Shown: positions 32,649 through 46,342, counted from the whole stretch's first letter. The stretch: 61,627 bases of DNA, filler included, from Porpidia crustulata (GCA_964255105.1; 12 parts of 12 records of this genome joined end to end with filler, not necessarily neighbours in it), one strand, 5' to 3'. The notes: generated by a model from the sequence alone, not told the origin. Numbers and translations are program-made.

Positions 32649-35642
32649 ATGAGGTAAGCCTTCGCTCCCCATGCGTCGAATTGGGAGTCTCGAAATCCCC
32701 CCGACTTTACGAAGGTAAAAGCTCACTCTCCACAGTTCACCACTTCGACCCAATATGTCTGCCGCAAATCGCGGAGTAATTGGTTCTACCGGGCGCAAGC
32801 GCTCGAGAGAACCAGACGATGATATCCCTTCATCTTCAGCGGCGCCTCCATCCAGTCGTAAGTGACAGAGCATCTACTGAGGAGCGTAATTCTTACAAGC
32901 GCTGCAGCTCCACCTTCATCTCCGCCAATGATGCCCTTGGATGAAGTTGATGACGACGTTCTAGACCCCGAGAACGAGATGATGGCTGACATTGATGACG
33001 CGGATGAGATGGCAGAAGAGGAGGGTGGAATCGATCTCTTCGCAGACAATTTCGAAAGAGATTACAAATCTCGCGAAAATGACGCATATGCAGGAGCAGA
33101 CATTGATGATGAGGACTACGATGAGCTAGACGTTGCGACACGACGACAGCTAGAAGCCCGCCTGAACAAGCGGGATCGGGAATTGGCCAGAAGGCGCCGT
33201 ATGCCTGCCGCATTCTTGCAAGATGAGGACGAAGATGGAGACATGGATTTGACGAGGCAACCGAGACGGCGACGGCATCACTATGACGAAGATCAGGAGG
33301 ACGAAGATATGGCCGACGACATCATGGAGGAAGAGCTTTCGCTCGAGACGCTACAAGATGTCAAGGCTTCAAGCTTGACGGATTGGGTTGCCCTTCCTGC
33401 GGTGCATCGAACCATTTTCAGAGAATTCAAATCGTTTCTCACAGAGTACACTGACGATCATGGTACATCAGTATACGGCACGCGAGTACGAACACTAGGA
33501 GAAGTCAATGCAGAATCTCTGGAAGTCTCTTATGACCATCTTTCCGCGTCCAAGGCTATCCTGGCATACTTTCTTGCCAATGCTCCAGCTGAGGTATTAA
33601 AAATATTTGATCAAGTCGCCATGGACGTGACTTTACTCCACTACCCAGATTATGAACGGATTCATTCGGAAATCCACGTTCGTATTTCGGATCTTCCAGT
33701 CCACTATACTCTTCGTCAGCTTCGTCAAACACATCTGAATTGTCTAGTGCGAGTCACTGGTGTGGTCACAAGGCGAACGGGTGTATTCCCGCAGCTAAAG
33801 TACGTGAGGTTCGATTGTACCAAATGCGGTGTCACTTTGGGTCCTTTCCAACAAGAATCGAATTCTGAGGTGAAGATATCGTACTGCCAAAACTGCCAGT
33901 CAAGAGGCCCTTTCACATTGAACTCAGAGAAGACAATATATCGAAACTACCAAAAGCTCACCCTTCAAGAATCTCCAGGAACCGTGCCAGCGGGTCGTCT
34001 GCCTCGTCATAGAGAAGTCATTCTGCTGTGGGATCTGATTGACTCTGCTAAGCCGGGGGAGGAAATTGAAGTTACAGGAATCTACCGAAACAACTACGAT
34101 GCCCAACTGAATAACCGGAATGGTTTCCCCGTCTTTGCCACAATTCTCGAGGCCAATCACGTGGTCAAATCCCACGACCAGCTTGCCGGCTTCCGTCTCA
34201 CTGAAGAAGACGAAAAGGAAATTCGAGCACTATCTCGGGATCCACAAATTGTCGATAAAATAATTGCTTCCATGGCCCCTAGCATATACGGCCATACAGA
34301 CATCAAAACCGCCGTCGCCCTCTCCCTGTTCGGCGGTGTCAGCAAAGAGACACAAGGCAAGCATCGTATTCGTGGCGACATCAACATCCTCCTTCTCGGT
34401 GACCCTGGAACTGCAAAATCCCAAGTCCTCAAATACATAGAGAAAACCGCACATCGCGCCGTCTTTGCCACCGGTCAAGGAGCCAGTGCCGTCGGTCTGA
34501 CCGCCAGCGTCCGTCGCGATCCAATGACTCAAGAATGGACACTCGAAGGCGGTGCCCTGGTGCTTGCAGACAGAGGAACGTGCCTGATAGATGAGTTTGA
34601 CAAGATGAACGATCAGGACAGAACCTCGATCCACGAGGCGATGGAACAGCAAACCATTTCCATTTCGAAAGCCGGTATAGTCACCACTCTGCAAGCACGC
34701 TGTGCCATCATCGCTGCCGCGAATCCGATCGGTGGTCGATACAATAGCACTATTCCCTTCGCACAGAATGTTGAACTCACCGAGCCTATCCTCTCCCGTT
34801 TCGATATCCTAGTTGTCGTTCGCGACACCGTAGACCCGGAAGAGGACGAGCGTCTCGCGAACTTTGTGGTCAACTCGCACGGAAGAGCACATCCGAGCGC
34901 GAGCGCCACCGACGCGAACCAAAACGCTATGGAAACAGCGCACAGCGAGGAGATGCGAGATCAGCAAGTCAATGGGGGCGAACCGAAGCAGGAAGGAGAG
35001 ATTCCGCAGGAGCTGCTGCGGAAATACGTCTTGTACGCGCGGGAGCGGTGCCGTCCCAAGCTGTACCAGATTGATCAGGATAAGGTGGCGAGGCTGTTTG
35101 CAGATATGCGAAGAGAGAGCTTGGCCACCGGGGCCTATCCCATTACCGTGAGTCCCTCCTATGTCTAGACAGCCACGGAGCGTAGACGCAGACCATTGTC
35201 GAAAATCGAATGCGGAACTGACATCCCCAACCATCCAGGTCCGCCACCTCGAAGCCATCATGCGCATCAGCGAAGCCTTTTGCAAAATGCGCCTCTCGGA
35301 ATACTGCACCTCCCAGGACGTCGACCGCGCCATCGCCGTCACCGTCGATAGTTTCGTCGGCGCCCAGAAAGTCAGCTGTAAAAAGGCTTTGGCCCGGGCC
35401 TTTGCCAAGTAAGTAAATTCTTTTTTCCCCAACTCGTCTTCTTGGGTTGTTTTTTTTTGTTTTTAAAGCCAAGTCCACGTGCATGCATGGCGGATCGAAG
35501 GAGAGATAAGGTAGATATAGAGGGGGCTGACCTGTGGCATTCTCGCAGATACACCCTCGCGAAACCGAAATCGCAACGGCAGAACGGGAGGAACGGCGTC
35601 AGGGCGGGCGGTGGCGCAAGGGCTACGGCTGTTATGGCTTGA
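32649..35642 (+). CDS. MCM2: DNA replication licensing factor Mcm2, 4 introns
   Basis: C4 zinc finger CTKC..CQNC, Walker [33 protein letters not shown]; short first exon ATGAG at 32649. Confidence 0.97.
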
Positions 35643-35974
35643 AGCTGCTGCTCTTGTCTTGAAGTCACATACCTGGTTTCCTAAGCTCGCCTACATCTCA
35701 CTTTTTTGTTCCATGAACGACTCTTTCCGCAGGTCGATAGTCATGATTAGGAGCGGGTGAATCGTAGATAATGCATGAACGATCCGAGCGAGGGCGTAAG
35801 CGGGCGTTTTTCGCGGTTGAATAATGGAGAAGGGGTGTATGATGGATAAAGTTTCGATGCTGTGATTTTTTGGCCTCCGCGTATGAGGATGCGATAGGAT
35901 GTGAGTGCGAGAAGTGAAGGGATCGTGTAGAGACGTAAGGATAGGTTCTAGTACATTTGAAGTATATGCGCTCC

Positions 35975-36074
35975 NNNNNNNNNNNNNNNNNNNNNNNNNN
36001 NNNNNNNNNNNNNNNNNNTTAATTAATTAANNNNNNNNNNNNNNNNNNNNNNNNNNNNNNNNNNNNNNNNNNNN
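35975..36074. other. Artificial contig linker 7
   Basis: N44-TTAATTAATTAA-N44. Confidence 0.98.
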
Positions 36075-37453
36075 CCCCAAGCCATTCCTCAACAATCGCA
36101 TTAACCCGCCCCGGCGCCTCCCACAACGCCCAATGGCCCGTCTCCACGGACCTGCGCGTCAGCTTAGAGCAAAACTTCTCCATCGCGGCGGACATGGCGG
36201 GCGGTAGGGCCTCGTCTTTGTTTGCTTGGATGAAGAGAACAGGGACGTCTATGGTTCTTTTCTCGAGTCTGTTGTTGTTCGCGGGGTTGTAGTGGGTGGT
36301 GGAGTTGGGGCTGGGGCTGCTGGGCAGCAAACGAGGGCGACGTACTTGAGCTCGTCTTGGAAGTTCTGTTCGCGGTTGCGGTACCAGTTTACTGGGTTCG
36401 GGGTCAGTGGGATAGTGTTGGTGGGTGGGTGCTGTGGACGTGGACTCACGAGGTCCGTGCAGCCCATGCCTGGCGTACTCGTCGGCGTAGTAGTCTAGCG
36501 TTTCGTCGTCGACGAGTCTGGTTTTCTCCAGTGTGGGCAGCGCTCTCAGGTTGAGTCCGTGCCGCACGTCGAAGCCACGTTCCTTGTCGGTAGACCATCC
36601 GCCGTGCATGGCATTCAACATCTGCCTAATCTGTTCTTTCGACACAATCTCCCGCTCGAGCTCACTGCCGGCAAATTGTAGTTGGTAGCCGAAATTAGGC
36701 AGCTGGCCGCTCCTGATGCGGTCCTCGAGAGGCGTAAATGCCTTGGTGGGAGGGAAATACGCGGTACAAACACAGAAGAGCTGGGCGACGAGCTCTGGAT
36801 GCCAGAGAGCCACTCGGTATACGATGGCTCCTCCCCTGTTATGCGATTACTCAAGCCTTTGCTCATCAAATCAGTCCAGATCCGAGCCTACCAGTCATGA
36901 CCGCCAAGGATTATCTGCGGGGCTCTAAGCTGCCGGGCCAGTTCTTTGATATCGTCCGCCGCTCTCTTGAAACCATAGAAAGCCATTGATTCGGGAGGCA
37001 CTTGTGGGGCATCCTGGAGGGTTCAACTCTCTTCCAAGCACAGCCATTCGAAATACCTACGGTTCCACCGAATCCCATAATGTCAGGGCACACTATCTGT
37101 CACAACGTTCAACAAAGAAATGTCTTTGCGCTCATCGAGATAACCAACTCGATAACCCAATCGCATCAAAAGAGGGATTTGATTCCTCCACCCCATCGAC
37201 AGATCAGGAAACCCATGGATCTTTAGGCTAGGCATCAGCCGTGATAATGGGAGCTCAAGCTAGGTAAAGACCCATACCAAGAATATGGTTTTGCGATATC
37301 CTTCACTTGGGACACCTAGAAGATAGTCTGTATTTTGTGCGATCAGTAAATCATTGCATCTATTTGGCTTGAGGCGCCCCCACGGTAGGTTTTGCCGTTA
37401 AGATTCGCATAGCAGTTGCTCACTCGTGGGTCACGGAGGAAATTTGTGGCCAT
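36075..37453 (-). CDS. Soluble epoxide hydrolase-like alpha/beta hydrolase, multi-intron; extreme 3' end cut
   Basis: IHGFPDLSMGWRNQIP, CPDIMGFGGT, ILGGHDW/GGA, NWYRNR, DEALPP, GHWALWE. Confidence 0.9.
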
Positions 37454-37866
37454 AGTAAATCAAACGAAAGTATCTGAGATAGTGAAAGAAAGACTCTCAA
37501 GAGGAAAGGAGCTTCTGGTCAGTCGAGAAAGAAATATCGCTGCAGCTCAAGCTGAGGACCAAATAGTGGGTTTCACCCCGCCTAAAGAATACAGCGAAAG
37601 TACCGAGGCTGCTCGGTTGGTAGAGTTTGAAGAGAACGAAGTGGTAAGGCACCCATCCACCACCAAACATGGAACACTTGGTAGATTCTGTAATATAGAG
37701 TAATGGATTTCAGCTATGGGAGCTTCCACTGACAATCAATTGTTTCGGTAGCAGTGCTTGAAGCAACTGTCTAAGTAGATACCGCTCTTTGGTGTCCGGC
37801 GTTCTCAGTACTTGATAACAAGTGGTAATGGTGAGCGACTTATGCACATAGATAAATGCAACGTGA

Positions 37867-38943
37867 TTAGTATATGACCGTGTCTTCTTCCCCTTCGAGC
37901 ACGATCTCGCCTGCATCATCTCCATGACCTTTCGAAGCTTCGGATGATTCAATGTGGACTGGTGCAGCGTCAGATGTTTCGGGGAATTTGGGGTCTGTGT
38001 TAGTATCGTTATGTATTTCCGAGCTCAAGGGCTCTTCTAAATTATCATCAGTTGCAGAACCCACCGTTTCCGAGGATTCGACAAGCATTTTGGAAGATTC
38101 CGGAGGCTTTCCGTTAGTCACAGATATTGGATCTTCGGTCTCTGGCGGGTTCTCGAGATCAGATGGTGAGGTTTCCTTCCGAATGATGTCCTCAGCTTCT
38201 TCGATCTGCCGCTTAATTGTTGCCTCGTCGCCCGGTAGAAGCTCCCACGGTTTATAGTACTTCATATATGGTCAGCAATGGCGGCTTAGTCCCTACATGT
38301 GATTGACCTACTAGTCTCGGCTCCGATCGTGTCTGAAGGAACTGCGCTCGAGCCAGAAGGCTCGAATGGTGGATGTGCACCTGGCAACAGAGTCAATACC
38401 GCTGAACACAAATATCATCAGTGGATTTGCGCATCATACCGACTGCTTATTGTATTTCTTTTGTTCTCGCCGCCGCACTTCCATGAGTGCTTCGAGGCGC
38501 TGCTTACTCTTCTCATCGTGCTCTTCAGCTTGCAGCTTCAGCTTGGCCTGCTGCTTCTTCTCAATGTCTGTTCGACGCCTTTGTGCTGTTGAAGATGAGC
38601 TCTGGGATAAAGTGCCAAGCAGAGCGCCAAACAGTCTCTGCCCGCGTTTACGCTCCTCTATCTGACCGCTCACACGTCTTTCCGATCTAGTGTCTGTCGC
38701 ATTGGATGCTGGGAGAGTATTTTCTTCGCTGTCACGGCCACTAGCCTCACTGAGCCGTAGCCTTTTAGTCCTTCCATCTTCGGGCGAAGACTTTCTACGT
38801 TTAATTAATCTAGACGGCGAACGAGGATGCTCATCCGACTCTGGGACAATGACCGCAGAAGCAAGTGTTCTTGATTTTGATGCACATTAGCATGCCCACC
38901 ACATGGTCAACATGGAATACACTCACATTTGAGCCTCAGTCAT
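37867..38943 (-). CDS. Pinin/SDK/memA domain splicing-associated protein, with introns
   Basis: EERKRGQRLFGALLGTLSQ..QRRRTDIEK, YYKPWEL, acidic C-terminus GEEDTVIY. Confidence 0.88.
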
Positions 38944-39194
38944 GGTAACCTAATACCTCTTATGTACAAATATGCACCTTTGTTGACGTTGAGTAGAGTA
39001 GTTTGCCTGAAGTTGCGAATCGGAGAATCTGAGAGGTCCAGATTTGAAATGGCGCTAGTGAAGCTCGGACCACTGACAAATCGCTAACATTCTTCAACTT
39101 CTCTGCTTCTTCAAGATTCTGTTCATCTACATATACTGTCACCTCTTGAGGCTCTATCTATACTCCAGCTTGGCGTTTCGATAGCAATAACAGC

Positions 39195-39629
39195 ATGTCT
39201 CGCCATCATCCGTAAGTGTTACGAATTTCTTCTTATGGTCTACCTTGAAGCTGACGAAGATCATAGCGATCTGGTGATGTGTCGGAAGCAGCCAGGTATA
39301 GCTATCGGCCGTCTGTGTGACAAGTGCGATGGCAAGTGCCCAGTCTGTGATAGTTACGTCCGGCCTACTACTCTTGTCCGTATCTGCGATGAGTGCTCTT
39401 TTGGAAATTACCAAAACAAGTGTGTTGTATGCGGAGGTGAAGTAAGTTATTGTATCCCAACCGTAGATATCGTGCTAACACCAGATGTATTTAGGGCATA
39501 TCAGATGCATTCTACTGTTTTGAATGTACCCGACTAGAGAAAGACCGCGATGGGTGTCCAAAGATCATCAATTTGGGCTCTTCGAGGACAGATCTGTTCT
39601 ATCAAAAGAAGAATTTTAGAAACCACTAG
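39195..39629 (+). CDS. RDS3: SF3b subunit PHF5A/Rds3/Ini1, 2 introns
   Basis: [77 protein letters not shown]. Confidence 0.97.
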
Positions 39630-41112
39630 CGTCGCCTTCCAACCACCTTTGTTTCGCTGCGCTGTTTTACCCAAGCGACGCTCATAGTCCCTGAGAAAAC
39701 CACCTCAAATAATGTCTGATCAGTCAGTTAGAGTTTCCATCATGCAGTCCCCTACGAGTGTATCCTGGAATCCCCACTGGCCAATCGAATGGCGCAGCGA
39801 AGGAACCAAGTCTGCTTGATCCGCAGTCTGAGAGTCGAGGGCTGAATGACGCTCGAGAGGTCTATTCAAGAAGATGTAGGCACATAAGATTACGTTCTTA
39901 TCCGGTGGCATATCCGATGTCTGCCTCGTAAGACGCCGCAGGGTAATGTATCCAAACACGCTCGCGGAATCAATCGTCTGCGCCTGTTTGATTTTCTCTC
40001 ACATCTCGACTTTGCTCTAAGAATCAAATGCTGGAAAAGTCAGAGCTGGCCAACATGTCCCAAATAGGCTATTCGAATTAGCCTTGGGCGGGACATCCTA
40101 GACGCAGAGGAAAAAGTTCTTCGAGATACGTGATACGTTTATCACCACTAGCTCGAATTTATAGCCCCTGGATTTTCGATATCATTCCGGTTTCCTCAAA
40201 CTAGTCAGGAATGGATAGCTACATACTCATATCAGACAGAATCTCGAGACAATGGAAGACTCCTGTTTACAACTTTTGTAGGGGTTAGCCATGGCAGGAG
40301 AGTCTAAATCTCGGCGCAGGAGCAATATGGGATACATTTGGTCATCATTGTGAGGACTCTGGTCCTGCTGATGCGGTTTGGGGTTTTTCCTCTAATTCTT
40401 ATCTCATCCTTCCAGAGGATCAAGTCTATTATACTGAAGTATTGACCGAAACTGCTGAAAACCCATACATCTCCTTCACCGTTTCCCTGGTCGCTTTGGT
40501 CTTGCAAAGCTCTGCTTTTGCTCCTCTTTGGGTCGAAATTCGTCCTCTACTGTGGCCGCCGTGATCTCTGATGGACTAGAAGCTTCAATCTAGAACCAGA
40601 ACCAGTCAGCAACGCTCGATCGACAAAACCAGAAGTCACTCACCCTTTTCGTTACTTCCAATCCCGCCTCTCGGCTTGCAGCAGCCATCACTCCTCTGAC
40701 CGAACATGCATACACCATACGTTCTTTTACTTTCGACCCAGAAGGACATGTATAAATGAATACTATATCACCCTGTTCTCTTTCATCGTCCTGCTGTCTA
40801 TACCTGAAGAATGAGTACCGAGGCTCCTCCTCTGAAAGCTGCTCAGATATGCCCGCGCCGTTCGTCTCTCTTACCCCAGCAAGCTCAATCGCCTCTTGTG
40901 ATACATTGATCTTCTACTTCAAGATTAGTCCTCGGACGTTTTGCGCAAAAAACCCGACAGATCCAAATTACCACCACGACTAGGTTACCTCCCTCTCCCC
41001 TCCGCAACGCCTGCAGCGCCTCGATCACTCCGTCCCGAATCTGCAGAGCCACCCCACTGCTGATGACGGACCCCTTCTTCCCCATCCCCGCCTTTTCACT
41101 CGCTTCCGCCTC

Positions 41113-41212
41113 NNNNNNNNNNNNNNNNNNNNNNNNNNNNNNNNNNNNNNNNNNNNTTAATTAATTAANNNNNNNNNNNNNNNNNNNNNNNNNNNNNNNN
41201 NNNNNNNNNNNN
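41113..41212. other. Artificial contig linker 8
   Basis: N44-TTAATTAATTAA-N44. Confidence 0.98.
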
Positions 41213-41564
41213 CCTTACCCCTATCACCACCCGAATCTAGCCGATTTCCCCTGCATATCCCGAGCTTTCCATCAACTCACACAGGTCACAGTCGCTATTG
41301 TCCTGCTTGGGTAGGGATGTTGATCCGGTGTAAGAAAGATAAATAGTCACGCCTGATCTAAAATGTAACAATACCGGAGGACTTGGTTTGCAGAGATATC
41401 TGAAGAGATCTCAAGATTTCGAGACGGAAGACTTCGGTGATCGAAAATCGTTCGACGGTCAAGGAGAAATCGTTACCTCGGGATCGAAGATCTGAAATTG
41501 TAAAGGTACCAAGTCGGAAACGGTCACGAAAACAGTCCAAAATTGAATGAATTTTGATGCCTAC

Positions 41565-41780
41565 CCCATTCAGTGCTTCAAATTTAATGCCCATTCAGCG
41601 CTTCGTTCAATGCTTATCCAGTGCTCCATTCAGTGTTTCACTCAGTGCTTCATTGATATTCGACTCAGTGCTCCATTCAATATTTCACCGAGTGCTTCAT
41701 TCAATGTTTCATTCAATGTTCCACTCAATGCTACATCCAATGTTTTCTTCAGTGCTTTATTCGGTGCTTCTTTCAGTGCA
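41565..41780. repeat. Degenerate 12-bp minisatellite, consensus about TTCATTCAGTGC, about 18 units
   Basis: e.g. TCCATTCAGTGT TTCACTCAGTGC .. TTCATTCAATGT TTCATTCAATGT TCCACTCAATGC TACATCCAATGT TTTCTTCAGTGC. Confidence 0.85.
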
Positions 41781-41916
41781 CAGCGGACTCGACCGCATGT
41801 CATTGCGCCCCTCCAAAAATTGATATAATACGGTTCACTTTTAGGCTAGCCACCTAGCCTCTAGCTTGGCAATCTTCTTAAAATATTTACAGTGTCTTTG
41901 GTGCTGTACTTATCAG

Positions 41917-42455
41917 ATGTTACTCCCCGGCCGCTCAGTCATCAACCGTGCGGCGTGGACCTGACACTCAAACGCATCAAGACATGGACTTCTCCGGGCA
42001 GCGTTGACTTCGACAACAGCCTGCGTCTGAACGCGTCAACCGTGGAAGTTCCGTTCATCAAACTACACAAGCAATTTCAGGACATCGCAGCGCAATTTCA
42101 TTTGACTCTCTCCAACGACCCCGCGATGCTTGAGAAGCATATGCACGGAGAAGAAGAGTCAGTTATGCTCAGGCCAGGCGCTTCTCTTGTGGAGTTTAAC
42201 GAGACTGTTGATACTCCTTTGTCTTTGATGGGCCAAAGCTTTGTGCGCAGTTCGTTGTTTCGTTCCGGAGCATTGCTGAGCGCGGGATTGATGGACAGTG
42301 GGTATAAAGGAGCGATGGGCGCCATGCTGCAGGTCATGAACCCGCATGGCTTGCTTTTATTTCGAGATGCTCGCTTGGCGCAGATGGCGTTTCATCAAAT
42401 GAGTGAGCCTGTAGATGGTTACAACGGAGTGTACCAAGGGTCCGAATCAGTATGA
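41917..42455 (+). pseudogene. Archaeal/dCTP-deaminase-type trimeric dUTPase-like gene, apparently frameshifted near the 5' end
   Basis: QPCGVDLTL, G.VDFDN, LVEFNETV, RSSLFRSG, GLMDSGYKG, RLAQM, GYNGVYQG; the only nearby ATG (41917, MLLPGRSVINR) is in the +1 frame. Confidence 0.75.
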
Positions 42456-45400
42456 GGGTAGAGTTGCTGCAGTCACTCAACACAAGATATTGATACAAAC
42501 TATAAATCCAGTGCTGCACCAAGGGCGGCAAACTCGAGGGTTGGCCTCTGACAACGGTCAAATGAACACAAGGCTAGGAAGGAATCTATAGCCAAGCGAT
42601 GATGACCGTGCTTTGTGTTTCTCGCCATTGATAATTTTCCGTCTCTCTGTTTTGCATCACCTAGCGCTAGGGGAGGAAGTTTGAACATGCCAGCGACCAT
42701 GGCATAGACCGAAGGCCGAAGGGACAAATCGTGGCATGAGACCTAGGACAGCCTGAAGAAACGGCACAGGACCATGAAGGTGGTAGCCTACTTTCAGGCC
42801 ACCGCTTCCGGGCTCTCAATCGTCTGTTGAGCTCGAATGATCGCATTGCTTATAATTTGTGAGGTACAGAATCTGCAGGGTGGAGTAACAGAAGGAGAAA
42901 CATGCCGTAAGACAAGAGAAACGCCCACATAGATAGAGTAGAGTATCGCATCCATTGAGTAACCGAGGAACCACAAAACACTAAGAACATTGTCGCACTT
43001 CGTAGGGCACAGTGATGATGCCGCCGCATAGAGCCATAGAGCATAGGCTGACCTCGTTGGATCGCATGAACAGAGTAAAACAAACAATGTTTGGGGAAGC
43101 TAGGCGCTCGGCGACAAGATGAAGTTAGGATTCCGGCAGCAACAAGATCATCAATGAATAATAAGGTAAGGCATGAAGACTAAATTATATTGAGGGCACC
43201 GTTCGTACAGCATTGTTGGTGGCAGGCCCGATGGGGCGGAATCGAATACTTTCGGGAGTCTGATGCGTTCCGTCTGCCTCGTCTTCATCGGCAAGCCCGT
43301 GAAACTATTAGCTAGGCGGCTCGGAGCCGCTTTCTATACCAGCAAATACACTCTTAGACTCTGCGCATAGGAGTAACACAAATACTCGAAGAAGACCTGT
43401 TGGCGCGGGTCGGTGCTCTCGAGTTCGTGCAGAGCCCATCCATGGATGAATTCCATTCTGAATCAATCGGGTTTCTCGGCTACCCCATTGGGACACGGTA
43501 ATCCTCCGATTGGGTCAGTGCTCTGATGCTACCGAACTAGGAAAGCCAGAATGATAGAGTATTTCGAATTCAGGAGTAGCATCTAGCGGTAGAATGAATG
43601 TAGCATTTATCGATATTAGTAATTGTAGTGGTAGCGTAGCATTTAACTTCTGGTTGAAGGGAATGGCGGTGGAGTGTGGCTCAACTTCTAGACCTCGTAA
43701 TCGTACGCTGATCGACACCGCAGCTGAAGACTCTAGCAGTCGTATACTCGTGGCTTTGAACTTGAACTTGATATTGAGCTTTCACACTTTCACATGCAAA
43801 CTGAAGAACGATTTGGGGCGAGTATGGCAGTGATGGCAGGGTGCGATGATTGGTTCGGCGAGTTCTCCTAGGACGATGGAGGACGGGCAGCTGCTTTGTT
43901 TCTTCTTGGTCGTGTGGACTGCGTGTAAGTGGTGAACTAAATCCAACTATCTAGTACTACTACCCATCCACTCCATCCACTGTGGACGAGCAAGACGAAA
44001 GTGGCAAGTGATGGCTGCCTCGGCAGCGGGGATAAATATCCCACTAGAACAAGTCCGGACTAGAATCAACCTCGACGCAGTCCGGAGTCGCCTCAGCCTC
44101 TTCTTTCCCGCACCCAATCGACTTCCTCATCTTGACGATTCGCACAGGTCTCGCAAAGGGAGCCGTCACTGTTGAAGCGTTCAAGTGCAGCAGTAGCCTA
44201 GAGCTATCATGCTTATACCTTTGCACCTCCCCTCTAGAGCGTCGGATTCCGAGGCTGAAAGATGAGGGAGCGAGGGAAACGCGAGGATTCTAGAGCCACA
44301 CGAGCCACACAAGATCTCTGTCCAGATGATCAACGGCACTGATTGGCACCAAGTCAAATGCGCGGTGGGGGGATCACCGGGTGTCCAGAGCATCCTCCGG
44401 ATCTCCTTGGATAGATCTGCTGAACACATAACCATGGTGCGTTTTGGACGGCCGAGCACTCGTCCGACAGCCACCCACATGGAGAAGCCATCGACCAGAG
44501 CTCGTCCCGTTCTGTCGTGCGCATTACACATGCCAATATCCAAGTCGCTGGGATTGCGCTGGTATAAACTCCAGTCATCCGCTCCCGTCGAGATGAGAGT
44601 CAATCATCCATGACACTTGTTCTTCGCATACCCCAGTCGCATATCCACGATGTGGATTCTTTAATCGTGGTCGAATGCGGTCAAACGACTCCTCGTAACC
44701 ACCATAGCCAATCATCCACTCTTCACGACCTGGTCCAGGTTTGGAGCACCTGTGCAGCTTACTTAACCACAAGTTCCCAAACATTAGCGAACCACCCCCT
44801 CGCGCAGTTGGGTTTTGTTCTTGTTATTATTGGAAGCCTTGAAAGACCAACGGTTGGATCTCATTGGCTTCGAGGTTGAAGAAGGTTGTGAAACGCGTCC
44901 TGATTTCGAGTCATAGCGAACGCGCAGCCCCTTAATCCGTCTCAGGTAAGAGAAAATGGTGGCTTTCTATTCGCTGTCTCAGGCTTGTCCGCTGGGCGCG
45001 CGCTAAGTCAGACTCCCAGGTCATTCGGTACCCAATCAAGCGACTTCCATATCCTCCTCCCAGATTTGGTCAAAAGACACTGCACACCGTTACCCTCCAG
45101 CTGCCACCCGCCAGGAAGGGGGAGGCAGAATCTGCAACCAACCCAGTGTTATTAAGTTCACCTCCAGGCCAGTTGAACCCCGTGTACTATTTTCCTCCAG
45201 ACACAACTGTGGGGCATGTGCACTGGGGTCACCTTGCTACCTCGACCGTGAGGAGTCTTAAAGATCGTTCACTCCCACTTCGAGTTTGAAACGGCAACCC
45301 GATTATCTTCCACTCGGTTGTTCCAGTTCGACACTGACTAAGCTTCACTGCCCTACCTTGCATCACTTTGGTTCATCGTCTTTCTGCCTCACCGGTTTGA

Positions 45401-46133
45401 GGTTTGCATCGGATTACCATTGTGCCCATTGTTCCTCATTCCACGTTTGAAGAACAAGCCTTCAACAGCTATCATTTTCTACCCCAAACGGCCAGGATTC
45501 GTATAGTGTCCACCAACCCGCCTCTAATCCCACTTAGGATTCGGAGCCCCCAATCTTCAAACCAGACATAGCCCCAAGGTTTCCGACCAACCCAAATCCA
45601 TCTTCCTAACGGACCCGTTCACGAGCTTTGCTGTAACCCTAATCGGTATCCTCACCACCCCCAAACTCATATTCGCTTCTTCCGCTGGCCGGATTTTTAT
45701 ACCACACCTTTTAATTACCCCAAACAAGTCAATCCTTGGGGTCTTTTCACTCGACGCTTCTACTTACTCATCGCCCTAACGAATCCTTCATTATTTGGTC
45801 GTGTGTATTATTTGCAAGAACAGCTTCGCGAACCAGGATCGTCTCGAAGGACTCACTTAAGTTTCTAATAACGTTCGTCGACAAGCTCGCCCCCAGACTA
45901 ATACTTGATTCGGTTGCGGTAATCTCTCTTGGTGCTATCATCCTTGAGGCTTACCCCGGATCAGCCTTGAAGCATTCGACACGGCTCATTCATTTGACCT
46001 TCATCATCAGCCTTGACCCTATTGTCACTGTACCCCACATCACTATTTGTTTGAGGATTGTTCTTACTCTTCATTCACATTACTTTGAATATATACTTTC
46101 TTCGAACTCCTCTTCGTCTACAAACTCCTAACC

Positions 46134-46242
46134 ATGGCAAACTCACGATCACCTCAGGATCAGGCCGCGCTGGATTGTTTCGTGATGCAACCAGTGTCGT
46201 CCTCAATGATATCTTACCTAGCAGAGAAAGCTACTTCGGTCA
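46134..46242 (+). CDS. 5' end of a Pho85 cyclin (Pcl1/Pcl2-like), cut by contig edge
   Basis: ACCATGG context; MANSRSPQDQAALDCFVMQPVSSSMISYLAEKATSV resembles the fungal Pcl N-terminus (AAL..F...PVS..MI.YLA..A..VI). Confidence 0.65.
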
Positions 46243-46342
46243 NNNNNNNNNNNNNNNNNNNNNNNNNNNNNNNNNNNNNNNNNNNNTTAATTAATTAANN
46301 NNNNNNNNNNNNNNNNNNNNNNNNNNNNNNNNNNNNNNNNNN
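46243..46342. other. Artificial contig linker 9
   Basis: N44-TTAATTAATTAA-N44. Confidence 0.98.

Noticed and set aside
39700..41112. Possible gene near the contig 8 end
   Set aside because: The reading frame is interrupted and has no recognisable family features.
41565..41780. CRISPR-like array or real repeat-protein ORFs
   Set aside because: Contiguous 12-mers with no spacers in eukaryotic DNA; the ORFs are by-products of the periodicity.
42500..46100. Short ORFs on both strands
   Set aside because: No domain signal; likely the long upstream region of the Pcl cyclin gene.
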